Source: Marsupella aquatica (lineage: Eukaryota; Plantae; Marchantiophyta). From it: a stretch of 64,000 bases of DNA. The DNA is taken from the NCBI GenBank assembly GCA_973895155.1, contig OZ316893.1:26772798-26836797 (forward strand), given 5' to 3'. A program made the translations under genes and the position numbers. This document shows, in pieces, positions 37,702-50,090 of this stretch. The number at the start of each line of letters is the position of its first letter. The first letter of the stretch is position 1. The notes beneath the pieces are model-generated. The model did not search any database, was not told the origin of the DNA, and saw only the letters and a list, made by a program, of their open reading frames with translations.

Positions 37702-37825
37702 TTGGAAACCCAACAGTTTTTTTTTACTTCAAATTTACAAAACTTTGGAAACCCAACAGTTTGTTTTTACTTCACCAAATACTTATTACAAAACCTTGGA
37801 AGCCCAACAGTTTGTTTCTACTTCC
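37702..37825. repeat. Three copies of a motif of about 28 bp
   Basis: ttggaa(a/g)cccaacagttt(t/g)ttt(t/c)tacttc at about 37702, 37745 and 37796. Confidence 0.85.
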
Positions 37826-38656
37826 TCTAGCCGTGTCTATTTAAAAATCTTTGGAAATTAAAAAAAATCTAACATTTAATGCAAAACCTGATACATCTTC
37901 TCAATATTAATTACCCTTTACCTCATTCTTTGTTTGTTTCAACTTTACTCTTCAGTTTTTTTATCATTTTTACTGTTACCAGGATTGACAGTTTTTTATT
38001 GCCTTGTCACAAACACGAACGATCAGGTTTTGTTCTTCTTTCACATCTAGATTTTCTTGTTTGTGACCATTCCTGCTGATGTGGCTCAATGTGGTGCCAG
38101 GATTTTGGAAGGAACTTCCCTTGGGGGTCCGTAAAGAAAGTGATGTTCATTTAGTGGTCCTTCTACCACATAGGTAACAACTAACCTCATATGGGCTGGA
38201 TAAGTATCCAGGTCTGAGTTGTCATTCAGTACCAACATTAATAGCCCTTCACAACATCAATAAAACTCTCAGGAGGTTGATCTTTTGCAGGTCCATTGTA
38301 GCCTCCAACTCACATGCCATAGTTTGATATTCTGATGGAAAGTGCTATTTCCATATTCATTTGTAAAGGCCAAAACCTATATTCCAAGTTGTGTGCACCT
38401 TTGGGTTGGTATTGCACCTGCTCACCCTATAGAGAATGTAAAATGTCATCCCAACAATTGATGAGAGTTGTCCAACGTTGCTTTGTTTCTTCCTCTTTTG
38501 TTTCCTTTAGAATAAACTCAAAGAAAGACTCAAATTTGTTAGTGGATAGGTCCTCACAGCGGGCCACAAGGTAGGCGGATTCAGCCCAAATGGACTTGAG
38601 ACAACAAATTTATGGCTTACAAACTCTTTTGATGCATCTTAGTATATTGACATAAT

Positions 38657-38850
38657 TGTTAGGCATTTACTCTTGCGTCTAGAGTTACTATGTAACCGCA
38701 ATTAGTCTAATTGCAGTCAAGTACCTCGTTCAGGCTATATGTGCCACTACTAGCAAAACTTAATGAGTGGAACTTGTTTAGGTTCATTGTTATGGAACCA
38801 TCTAGGAGATAGGGAGAGCTAAGTCTGTGGACACTCAATATGGCCAATGG
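38657..38850 (+). mobile_element. Second copy of the LTR-like repeat seen at 9069
   Basis: Starts TGTTAGG and shares several 10-30 bp blocks with 9069-9300. Confidence 0.5.
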
Positions 38851-41786
38851 GCCTAGAGTTAAATAAATCTCTCTTGTGTGTTGTGGTGGATGTAACCTTT
38901 CTCTAAGAGGTGAACCACATATCTTTTGCATCAACAATTTGTGTATTTGTTGGATATTGCACATGTGCATGTCTGGGAGGTAGTAATTTTTCTGCGATGG
39001 GTTTTTCTGATGATTTCCATCCATAATATTTTTAAAATTATTTCAATGGGAAATTTGTGAAACCCCACAGAAAGGGAACAGTTACTCAAAACACCCTAAA
39101 ATTTGAAGCTACTATATGGTGAATATACCTTTCATATTTTGGCTTATTCAAAATTTTTGACTCCTGTTAATGAATCAAGCATGACGGGACATGAAAAATC
39201 AATATTGAAGTGGTTTTTGGCAAGTTGTGGAGGTTTAGCCCCAGTTTTAGCTGTTGCCCAAAGACCCGCCCAAAGGAAGTTTTGTTGCTACAAACAGTAC
39301 TTGCTTAGGCTCATCACATACAGTGTGGCCTGCTAATGATTTGAAGTCTATCATTGACATTTTTTACCAAAAGAGGATTGAATCACACTTTCCCATTGAT
39401 AGACTGGTTAATGCTATTGGACGGGAACTTCCAACACATTCACTGAGACATTCACCAATGCCATTTCCTTATTGTAGAACTTATTGTACAAACTTATGGT
39501 GTCGTTTGATTTCTATGAAGATTTTGGCAATTCTTGCACACCATCTTTTTGCTGGAAAAAATAATGCACTCCCGTCCCCTCCCCACACCAATTGGGCATT
39601 ACCAAGGATGAGATTTTTTCAAGGTCCTTAACCAGCAGCTTTCCTTTCTACTTTTCTAAAGGGTTGTTGGGGTTGTGGTATATTTTGATAAGTGTTTAGG
39701 GGGTTTTGGAGGCATGTGTGTGCGTATCACATGGTCTCATTTGTATATGTCCTGTTTCCTGTTCGCACCCCTGTTTGTTCCCAGTTTTTATATTGTGACA
39801 ATGTGGTTGGCGTGTCTTTTGCCATTGCCTGACAACCCTGGCTTTCTCATCTCCAGTGACCAAGCACCTCCTTGGCCATGCATTTTTTAGCAAGCTACCC
39901 CTATAGACGCAGCCACACCTGGCCAGATGGTTTGGAGCCCCCTGCATCACCTATTAATGCTTTTAGGTTAGGTTCATCATAAAACTTACCCAAAAAAAAG
40001 GTGTTTTTAAGAGTATTACCCCTATGAATTTGGAATATTCTTGGAATGTTGCCACACCTCTTGCCTCAAGCCCTCACCCTCATTCAGCCTCCCTAATAAT
40101 TAAACTTTCATTAGTTCAAAACAATTGTAACCATAATTATTGATAACCTTTCTGTACCAGCAATGACACTTCTGCACCCACAACCTTGACTCCATAGATG
40201 ATTGAATTGACAACTGTTACACTTCCTTGCCTCACTTGTAATCTTTGTCTCATTTCAACATTTTGGCACTAGTTGTTGCACCAACAGCCATATGGTCACA
40301 AATTCCATTCTCACTTGCAATTCTTTGTCTCACCTTGACATGTATGTGCCATGCATGGACCAGTGGGTATTGTGGTGCAAACTACATCATGGCTATAATG
40401 ACAGTCATGCAATGCATGGGCATTGGGCTATAAAACACTATAATATACAAACTAAGACTCTTTTTTCCTGGGTGTTGTATGGTATAAAATCCCAGAATGG
40501 CAATATGGGTCATGGTAGTCAGCCTTCAATGGGGCAAAAGCACCTCCCTCTTGACCCTCCTTCCTCCTTGGATGCCATGTGCCTCACCCTCTCACTGTAG
40601 GCTAGTTGTGAAGTGCCTGCAGAACCCAAAGATGTTGAGGGTATGATGAGGTTCTTTATTCATCATGAATAAAGATTGCATGTGGTTCACTCTCTTCAAA
40701 TTATGATCATATTTGTATTACTTTGTTTATATCTACCTTTGTACTCCCCTTGCGCATAGTTAAGGTTTACCTCCTTTGAACATTGAACATGGCCTTGTGC
40801 ATTTGTGTTCAAGAGCATTATGTTTTCATGGAGATCCTTGACTTATATTCTTTACACTATTCTTCAACAATTTCTTGCACACTAAACTTGTACACCTGAT
40901 AACATGGATGCAACAACTTGAACATGGCTGCAATGACTTCATGGCCCCAACGATAACATGGCCCAAGCAACCACATGACTGCAATGGGAGTTGAGCAATG
41001 CACAGACATTGGGCTAATCATGACAAAATGAAACATAAACATTTGAACCCTTTATATAGGACAAGAGTATTAAAAATGGATAGTTGCCATTCACATACTT
41101 TCAAGATACAATAACATTGTACACAAAAGGCAATGGAACAACGAGAAACAAGACCTTCACGTAGCTATAGATGCAGATATCAATGAATTAGCCAATAATA
41201 GGATCATCTAAGCTAAGGTGTTTTCATGGTTCTGATGACACCTAGCATTATCCTAATTATGCTTTAACAATTATCCAGACCTGTTGTTGATATTTGTCAA
41301 AGGCTTTTATTAGAGCTTATAAGCTGCTTATGCTTAAATAACATATAAAGACACTTCTTCATGTCAACAAGGCTCTATGGGAACGTCCCCTTGAAATATG
41401 GTACAACCACTCATTGACACAAACTATGAATAGGTCATAGTTTGGCTTTTGCCCCCATTCCACCAAAGTCCTTGAGAGTGCTATCAACTCACACCTAGCC
41501 ACCACCACAACCCAAACTTCAGAGTCATTGTCAACCAGACCTATCAGTTTTGGAGACTCCCTTGCTTCAATGCTGCTTGTAAATACCACCTTACAGTAGT
41601 ACATAATGCAAGGGGCACCAAATGTGTAACTAATTCTTGGGACATGTGCCTGAGCATAGGCTTGCATTAGAGGACATCCATGTCCCCTTGGAGACTTAGT
41701 TGGACACTAGATATGTATCATTAGCTCATCACACTATTGCACATTTGGACTGTTAGCTCATCACAATATGGCAATGGTACATTGTT

Positions 41787-42133
41787 CACCATATTAGTGT
41801 GACTAACAACTAATTCAAGAATGCCCATTTTCAGGGTCTACTCGTGAATTAGTGTTAGTCACACTAATTTTGTGCTAACACTCGCGCACATGATTTAGTG
41901 TTACTGTGGTCTTAAGAGAGGAAAAATAGAGAGAAACATTTTATTTTTAAAAAATCCACAACAAATGGTGTTACTTTGGACTCAAGATCATCCATTTTTT
42001 ACAAGCAATTTAATCTAAAGTGGAAAAAAATACTTTTGAAAACCGACAAAAATGAGCTTTACTTGGACTCAAAATCATTTTTACCAAAATTAGTGTTAGT
42101 AACACTAATTCTTGCATAACACTAATTATGGTG
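41787..42133. mobile_element. Small CACTA/EnSpm-like non-autonomous derivative
   Basis: Inverted ends caccatattagtgt / acactaattatggtg, with several head-to-head aattagtgttag / (ct)aacactaatt subterminal motifs at both ends. Confidence 0.5.
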
Positions 42134-44017
42134 TAGATCTTTTTCCAGTTTTCCTCTTTCCTCTTTCTAGGTTTTTGGGGTTATCGTTGCACATTGGTTT
42201 TGCATTTGGTGTTTTAGCTTCAGACCTCTTTTGCTCGTTTGCTCTTTCATCATTCTACTTTGTTTGGACTCTCTTTGTGAATAAACTTAGTGTTCTTTGA
42301 GACACATTCAAAATTTGAGAAATTGCCAAAGTTTCTTCTCCCCCCTAAAGAAGGAAATGGACCATGATTTATACAGAAGAGAATAAACAAGGGAGAGAAA
42401 AAGAGGCACAAAGAGGACGAACACACCAAAATGGCAAATGCAACCGGGAGAACCCAAAAAATAAAACAAAGAAAGGAAAGTATTTGTTATCATTTCACTA
42501 GTGGGATGGAGTAAAGGTCCACATCTATTAAAGCAAATGTGTCAAAACTAAAGACTATGAAATAAACCTGCCTCTAAATTATCCTAAACAGCCCGATTAG
42601 TGCTTGAAGTCAATCCAAGACGGCTATTTCACTTACAACCTCCACCAGGTAAATACCACACTGTTGTTTTGTGATAGATGATTCTGCAAGCAGAATGTCC
42701 CCCATTTGCCTTTTACTGGTCGGTAAAGCATGCATTGGGTGGGGGGCCGGGGAGGGGGGGAATGTCCCCCATTCGAAGTCTTACCTAAAGTGGACGGAAG
42801 GAAACTAATTTAAAAAAGGTCTGCCAGATAGTAGATTTCTTTGTGAGATTTGTGGGCCACCCTAAAGTATGTGTGCATTGATGATTTGGGAATTGAAAGG
42901 GAAAACTGGGAAAGGGAGAATGAACCGTTGGAGTGGATGTTTCAGCGGGAAAAATGGCATGGCTGTGGGTGGTGGGGCACTCTTACACAACCCAACCCAC
43001 AACCCAAGGTAGATTTGATTACCATCTGCATGGGGAACTGGGAGGAGCTACCCACATATTCAAGCACATTATAGGTTAGTAGGAAAAGCAAAGTTGTTAC
43101 CACTCGTTACCGTCTATACTGCCTTGGTCACAAATGATAACAATTACTTCTGTCCAGTTTTTTAAAATTTTCTCTGCCCAATTTTGTATGCTAGGTAGAG
43201 TGTTATAATCGGCATGCAAAAACACTTCTTTTAGGGGTTTAAACAACATTGACTGCCTTTGGAGCTCTTCCTTGCTCTTTTGGTTTTACAGACTCTAGAT
43301 AGATTTATTTTCCTAGCCCTCCTATGCAATTTAGTCGTTAGTTCAGAGTCCTACCACTATTTCAGTTTTCTGCCCAGAAGGGTTTTGGTCTACTTGGCTA
43401 CTTTGTTGGCTCTTTGTTCTTTAGTTGTGTGGGGGGCCTCTGGCTTGGGCCTCTCTGGTCTTGTTGAAGTTTTCCCTTTTCTTCTCTCCTTTTATTGTAT
43501 TTTTTGCCTTTGGTATCTGTCTCGTGTATGGAGCTACATATATATGAAAACAATAATATTATGTAGCACCCCCCCCCCCCCCCCCCACAAAAAAAAGAAA
43601 AGAAAAAAAGAAAGAAGAACAGATTGGGTGTTGACTTCAAATAGATAACATCCAAAGTCTATTGAAAAGCCAACAAACAACTTTGACCAGTCTTTAGCCT
43701 CTTGTACTTGTATTGGTTCCTGGGTACATGTGTCAGAAAAAGACTACTAATTATTTTGTGAGCCCACCCTCTCCCTAAACCATAAATTTAGCATCGTAGC
43801 ATAATTCTATCATAAGCATGCCACCAAACTACCAAGTCCACATAGTGTTCAGAACTAAGGGAAAATGTCATAAATGTACACCAACAACTAAATAATCTAT
43901 ATGCATGGAGGTGAAAACCTTTGTATGGGAAGAAATGACAAAGTCAACAAATGTCTCCCCCATCCTGCAAAACAATGAGTATGAGTGGCAGCAGATATGA
44001 CACTGTGCTCAATGTCC

Positions 44018-44280
44018 AAATCCTCCCAAGCCACTAAGGCCCAAAGAGCCAAAAGCACCAAGCAAAAAAAACAAATTAGACAGCACTAAGGCTGAATCCT
44101 CCCAAGTATAGGCCGCAAGAGAGATCAGAGCACGAGAAGCTTGAGGCAAATCCTCCTAAACCACTGAGGCCAAAAGAGCAAAGAGCACCGAGCAAAAAAG
44201 CAGCAGCACCAAGTCCAAATCCTCCCATAAATTAGCCATAAAAGAGAGAGCACAGAGCAGCGAGAGCACCTCAATCGAGA
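44018..44280. repeat. Tandem duplication of about 130 bp with internal aatcctcc motifs
   Basis: aaatcctcc.aa.ccact.aggcc.aaagagc.aa..gcacc.agcaaaaaa at 44018 and 44148. Confidence 0.8.
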
Positions 44281-45363
44281 GCGTTACTGAATTGGCAGCT
44301 CAGATTGCAGCTTGAATGGGGAGCTCTAATAGAGTACTTTAACCTACTGTAGTTGTGAACCAATCGATGAATCAAATGGGCCAAAGACTGAGTGGGAAGG
44401 GAGAGAACTAACAAGAAGTGGTACCACCCCACTCTGCACAGCTGGGAGAGGGGCAAGTGCAAATCGACTGCTGCAGACCACCAAAATCAAAATGCAGCCC
44501 CAGTGCAAGCTCCCTCTCCAGCACATTGCATCCCCCTGTTGAGCACCTTGATCAAGGGCCACACACCTCCTGACCCCACAATCATATTCCCCTTTTAGGA
44601 GACAAAAGAGGTTGGCCGGCTTGGCTAAACCCCAATTAAATAAGTTGCTTTAACCCTCTAAGTTGCTGCCCTAGCTCCCATACAACGTACGTCCCTTACT
44701 TACACTCGACATCCAATCCAAATAAAACGTGAAATGCCCTGCCCAAAAGCCTCTCATCCTCCATACAGAAATAATTTTACTAAGATCCACTCGATACAAG
44801 ACCAAGTAACTAAGCCAGGATGAGCCTGCTATATATGTGCAATTGTGCTAGATGTTGAGACTATGCATCACAATTGTGGTCTAACACTCTAAGAGCTTAC
44901 TCTAACGCCGCTCTGACCCCCTCTGACCCATCTGGGTTTGGTGCCACTTTCTAGGTTCTGACTTCAAACCCAGGAATAAATTAAACAAAAAAGGAGGAAA
45001 TCTCAAGTATAGACCTATCGGTAAAACCTTCTAAGTAGGGGTGACTTGAGCATCTGGAAGTTTTGCATGAACCGTATAATTGATGCAAAGGCCACATCAT
45101 AACCCACGAGACTGTTTCTCTGGGAACTTGACATTGAACCAGAAGGAAAAGGAGAAAAGTCCAGTCCCTATAATAAGACCCAGTTACCCAAGCTCTACAG
45201 TAGTGAAAGGGCAATTGTTTTTCCCCAGGATAAGCCACTAAATTGAGAAAGTGCCACCCCCTCAATGAGCGTTGACATGCTCTTACCCTGAATCTTAGCT
45301 GCTCGCCTAGTTGGGTCCATGATCACTTTCCAAGGCAGAAAATGTTTTTCTGGGTCTCTGTCC

Positions 45364-45593
45364 GGGTGGGTGAAGAGGATATGTACCAATCTCTTGCATG
45401 GGTTTGTGCTACTTCTCTTATTAAAAGGACTTATGCTGAGTGCATATGCATGTTCTAATTAAAAAACACTAACCTCTGTCTGGGTGGGTGAAGTAGATAT
45501 AATGTACCAATCTCTCTGCATGGGTGTGCGCTACTTCTCTTATTAAAATGACTTATGCTCAGTGCATATGCATGTTGTAATAAAAAACACTAA
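45364..45593. repeat. Tandem duplication of about 118 bp
   Basis: gggtgggtgaag...atgtaccaatctc..tgcatggg...gctacttctcttattaaaa.gacttatgct.agtgcatatgcatgtt.taa.aaaaaacactaa appears twice. Confidence 0.9.
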
Positions 45594-45799
45594 TTGGGGT
45601 AGACATGCATGACCAGTTTATACATACCCTATTACTGTAATGTCATGGAAAATGCAGTTTACTCTGGAGCTATACCAAGTTTTCAGTTTGTTGCTCACTA
45701 GGGCTCTAGTCCTAGGCTTTGTTCTTTACCCATTGTTTGGGACTTGTGGGCGACTTGGCTCTTTGGTCTTCCCGGACTTTATCTTTTTAAAATTATTTA

Positions 45800-48700
45800 A
45801 AAGAAAAAATTAAAGCAGAAGGGGGTAGAGTGCCCATTTATTCCAGAGGCCACCGCAGCAAAGACCAGCGGGCACAAAAAACAACAGACCCAGGGGGCCA
45901 AAGCACACAAAAACTACACTCAAAGGGGGCAAAATCACCCAAAGGAAACCACTATGCACACCAGGATGACGGCAATAACAAGGGCCAAGCATCCAACAAA
46001 GGCAAGAGGCCTGAAACAAGACACTGCCCAAGAGAGGAGTAGGCTGTACCACATAGAACAGCAAGTCAGACACCCCAAAAATGGGACAATAGGAGAGCAG
46101 TGTCACCGCCTCTCCCGTGCAATCATAGCAGTAATGTCACTGAGTGTTCGACTCAATCGCCGAGCCTTCTGCACACTACTAGTACGGTTAAGCATAGCGT
46201 GAACTACTACTGCAGTGCCATGGAGAATGAGATGCAATGGAAACTGAACAGAGTTAGCTTGGAAGGTGCGTTGGCAACGCTCCAGACAGATGTTGCAAAT
46301 CACTATGTGAATGAGTAAAAGGATGCCAGGGTTGCATTTTTGGGACCAAATTGCAGTATCCATCTTGCCAAAGAAAGAGCAACCAACAGCCTTGTTCAGA
46401 CTAGTGCCCACGGCCGTGTGCTCAAGTTGTACCCATCATGGGTGAAGCTGACAGCAATCATAGAACATATGTTCAACCGTTTCACGGCCCTTTGACACGC
46501 AGTGCATAGTCCATCACTCACATCCTATTTAAGAGCACAAGAATTGGACAAAGACCCAGCTTGAAGCACCTTCCAAAAATCTAGCTTAACACTAGGAGAG
46601 GACAAACCTTTCCAAAGATGAATCCACCGCGGGATCCACTGACTCCTCCAAATCACTTGGGAATCTAGAGAGACCCACATTGGTGGAACTCGACTACCTT
46701 AACACTTAGCTCCGGCTGACTCCGAAGCCAAGCTCCCTTATGGTCCAGGCTCGGATAGGCCATCCGGGGAGGACTTAGCACAGGGAGACTTGTGGGCAGG
46801 GCATGGCATTGGCGAAGGCAAGGCGCTAAGCTAGTGACACACACTAAGGACTTAGACTAGCTGAGGGCTGGTCCGGTCAAAGGGAAAAGGGCCAGGCTCA
46901 AGGTAGACCGTCTGGACCCCCGGACGTACTTTGAGTTCTGAGGGCTTGAGTTAGAGCTCCTCTTGGGCCCAAGAGTTGACCCCATGGGCAATGGACACTT
47001 GGGGCGCAAGTTATGACCCAATCAGGGCCCCCGGGCGACGATGGAATCTGAGGGCCTAGACATGAGCACTGGGTTGGCCCAATCACAACAGGCTAAGGCA
47101 CTCCGCTTGCGGATTCCTAACTATAAAGTTATGGGCATTGCTAGTTGGTGGCGCGCCCAGACATGTGGGTTGGGGTCCAGGTAGGGGGCCAAAATTTGAA
47201 GACCAAAGTTATTCCGGGGATGACAGTTCTCTAGAAGCATATATGAGAAGAGTGGTGTCTCTCTGGGGCTAAGGGCGAGCCAAAGTCGTGAGCCATGGCG
47301 GTCACGACACTAAGGGAAAACGCCAAACGGAAACGATGATAACTTCCCAACAGGAAGTCCGTTGGGGGACTTCTTGAGTGCGTTGGAAAGCTATCTAGGA
47401 GGACTATATCCTCCTGAGCTCAACTGGGTTTAGGGGTACCATAGGTTCTTGGGGCTTGCAGGGGGCTATCTCGCCCGCTTGCCAAATCTTGTCAAAACAG
47501 CAACCAAGCCGTGTTCAGTCTCCCAAGGGAGCTTGCGTAGGGGAGGCAAGGCCAAGTAGGCATGGACCATCAGTTGGGTGAGAACCGGGAGTTGGTTGCT
47601 AGAGTTGGGGCCAGTCTAGTCCCAACGTGTTGGGACAAGCCTTAGGACAAGCTATGCTATTTGGGTCATGAGCATGTCCCGGGGGCAGGGCGGTCAGTTG
47701 GCGATGGATAGGTACGAGGGGGAACCCGGGCTGCACCCAAGGAAGGAGCTATTCTGGATGAACAGTGGGTGTCGGTTTTGGTTTCAACTGATGGCATCGA
47801 GAGAACCTATTGCTGACCTACTTACCAATATTTTGTTAGCTTGATTTAGGATGCTAGACTTGGGAGATCTAGATCCTGAGGGGTTACTTATTGAGACGCT
47901 TGGTTTCTTGTGCAGATAGTGAGGACCGTTGAGTAGCGGTCGTGTTAGAGAGCAAGTGCGGCTTTGTATGGGAGGGGCTGCAAGTGGTGCAAGGGGCATC
48001 AGCTTGCTTTCTCAAGGTATTCTGTGGAGGCGTTCGGGCACCAGGGGCACTTAAGCATGGGTGCTGGGATTGGTGAGGACACTGGGTGGCAAGGTCCACC
48101 ACTCCCACCGGCGATTGAGTTGTGTAATTGGAGGCATAGGCTGTTGCAAGATGGTGGCCCAGGTTTTGGTTGAAGATTCCACCCTTTCTTAACTCCAGCC
48201 AGCCATGTCCACGTCCACCCATTCAGAATTAAGCAAAAGCCCTTATGTGAATCCCTTGTCTGGAGCTGTTCAATAAAGCAAGGAGATGTGGTAGCAGTCT
48301 TGATGTCATGATCCAAGTGATTCGATGAAGTCCAACCTGAATCTGGTCGATAGTTTTCCAACCCTGATCAGGGGTGACAAGATCCGCCACTGTGTGGATC
48401 TGCTGAGTAGTCAAGAAACTTTTACAATCCCGCAACTCCTTCTCGCTGGCATCCATGTGACTCTCCAAAAGAAGAAGAAGTGGGAGTAGAAGTTGGTCGA
48501 CTGAGAGATAAGTGGGGATTTTTCCATCGCTAGGATGAAATCCGAAGCATGGAATTAACAGTAGGAGCAGACGCAATTTTCAGACAAGGAGAGAGTAGGA
48601 GGAGATCACTAGGGTCCCTAAATTTCCTCTCCTTTCTAAGTGGGCCCTTCCTAGCAGTGAGGATGAGCAGGGACCTCATCATGCCCACCCAAGCGGTATC

Positions 48701-50090
48701 ATACCCTATGAGAAGCTTGGTGAGGCTCCTCATCTTACACGCTTGAGATTGAAGCTCAAATGGTCGAAGAGCTAACCCTCCTTCATCGTAACTAAAGGGC
48801 AAGAGATAGTGTCCCAAGCAACAAGAGCTTGTTATTAGCACCTTTGAGAGTCTGGCCCCACAGGAAAGTACGACATATCTTTTCAAGTTGAGATGATACA
48901 CAAGAATAGCACAAATGACGTGGTTCAATAGGACCAGACGGCCAGCTTGGGAGAGTGTCCGATTGGTCCAATGTCAGAGTCATTTTCTGACCTTGCCCAT
49001 GAGAAACTTGGTCTCCTGTGCGGGCCGAAGGCCTATGACAATAGGACACCCCAGATAGGTAATAACCTCCCCCTTCAGAGCAATGCAACAACCAGAGTGC
49101 TCAATTCCATTTAGGGCTCGCAGAATTATCAAGTTGGAGGAGAACAGATAAATTGACAATGTTAAGGAGAGCACTTGATATACGTTTGTACTTGTGCACC
49201 ACACTGCAAGCTGCCTGAAATCCCTCATCAGTTGCTTTGAGAAACAAGCCACTGTCATCAGCAAAAAGTTGATGAAGAAGCTTATGCCCATTTCCAATGT
49301 GGAGTCCATTGAGAGTACAGTCCTAAAGTTTAGCTTCAAGCATACTCATCAGCAGTTGAGTAGCTAGAGCAAACAAAAGAGGCGCTACAGGGCACCCTTG
49401 TCTGACCCCATGCTCCAAAGAGATCTCCTTGGTAAATCCTCCATTGACATGAACCTTTGAAGCAACATTGAGAACAAGACCTTCAATTAAAGAAATGAAT
49501 TTCAGATCAAAATTCATGTATCTCATCGTGTCCCAAAGGAAAGCATGATCCACCTTGTCATATGCTTTGGCAAAATCCAGTTTTAGAAAAACAGTAGGTT
49601 GGTGAATGATGTTGGCAAACTCTTGCCCCACCTTGAAAGCCAAGACATTATCCATGATGTGGTAGCCAGCAATAAACCCAGTCTGTTGTGGAGCAGCCAA
49701 CTGTGGGACCACCTTTTTTCAATCTATTTGCCAGAAGTTTGACAGCAATCTTGTGTGTAATGGTGAGCATGGTAAGAGGTCTCCAATTGGTCAAGAGTTG
49801 AATGTCACCATTCTTTGGGATCAGTTTAATGACACCGGTGGGGGCTTGTGAGGTGAGTAACCCGTCCCTCTAGAAGGCTTGGATCATTGCACAGCAATCC
49901 GTGCACATCCAATCCCAACATCCCTGGAGAACTTCAGCTCTGACTCCATCCAAACCAGGTGATTCGTCCTTGGGGAAGGCCATTACTACTGCAGTAATCT
50001 CAGCCTCATTGGGTTCAGCAATGAGAGCTCAATTATGGTCATTGGTCCTGGACTTTATCCTTTGTTTTCCCCTTCATTGTTTTTCTTGCC
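45800..50090 (-). mobile_element. Decayed, 5'-truncated L1-clade LINE (RT, C-terminal zf-RVT-like region, 3' UTR)
   Basis: Minus-strand fragments: QQTGFIAG...DNVL...FLKLDFAKAYDKVDHAFLW...GVRQGCPVAPLLFAL (49323-49712); ITYLGCPI (about 49050); EGGLAL (about 48770); WIPRWIHLWKG...DFWKVLQAG (about 46560-46650). AATAAA-containing 3' UTR near 45840. Many stops and frameshifts. Confidence 0.85.

Noticed and set aside
44344-44562. GAQQGDA as an RT QGD motif
   Set aside because: Flanking RT motifs are absent in all frames. At best this is unassignable debris.
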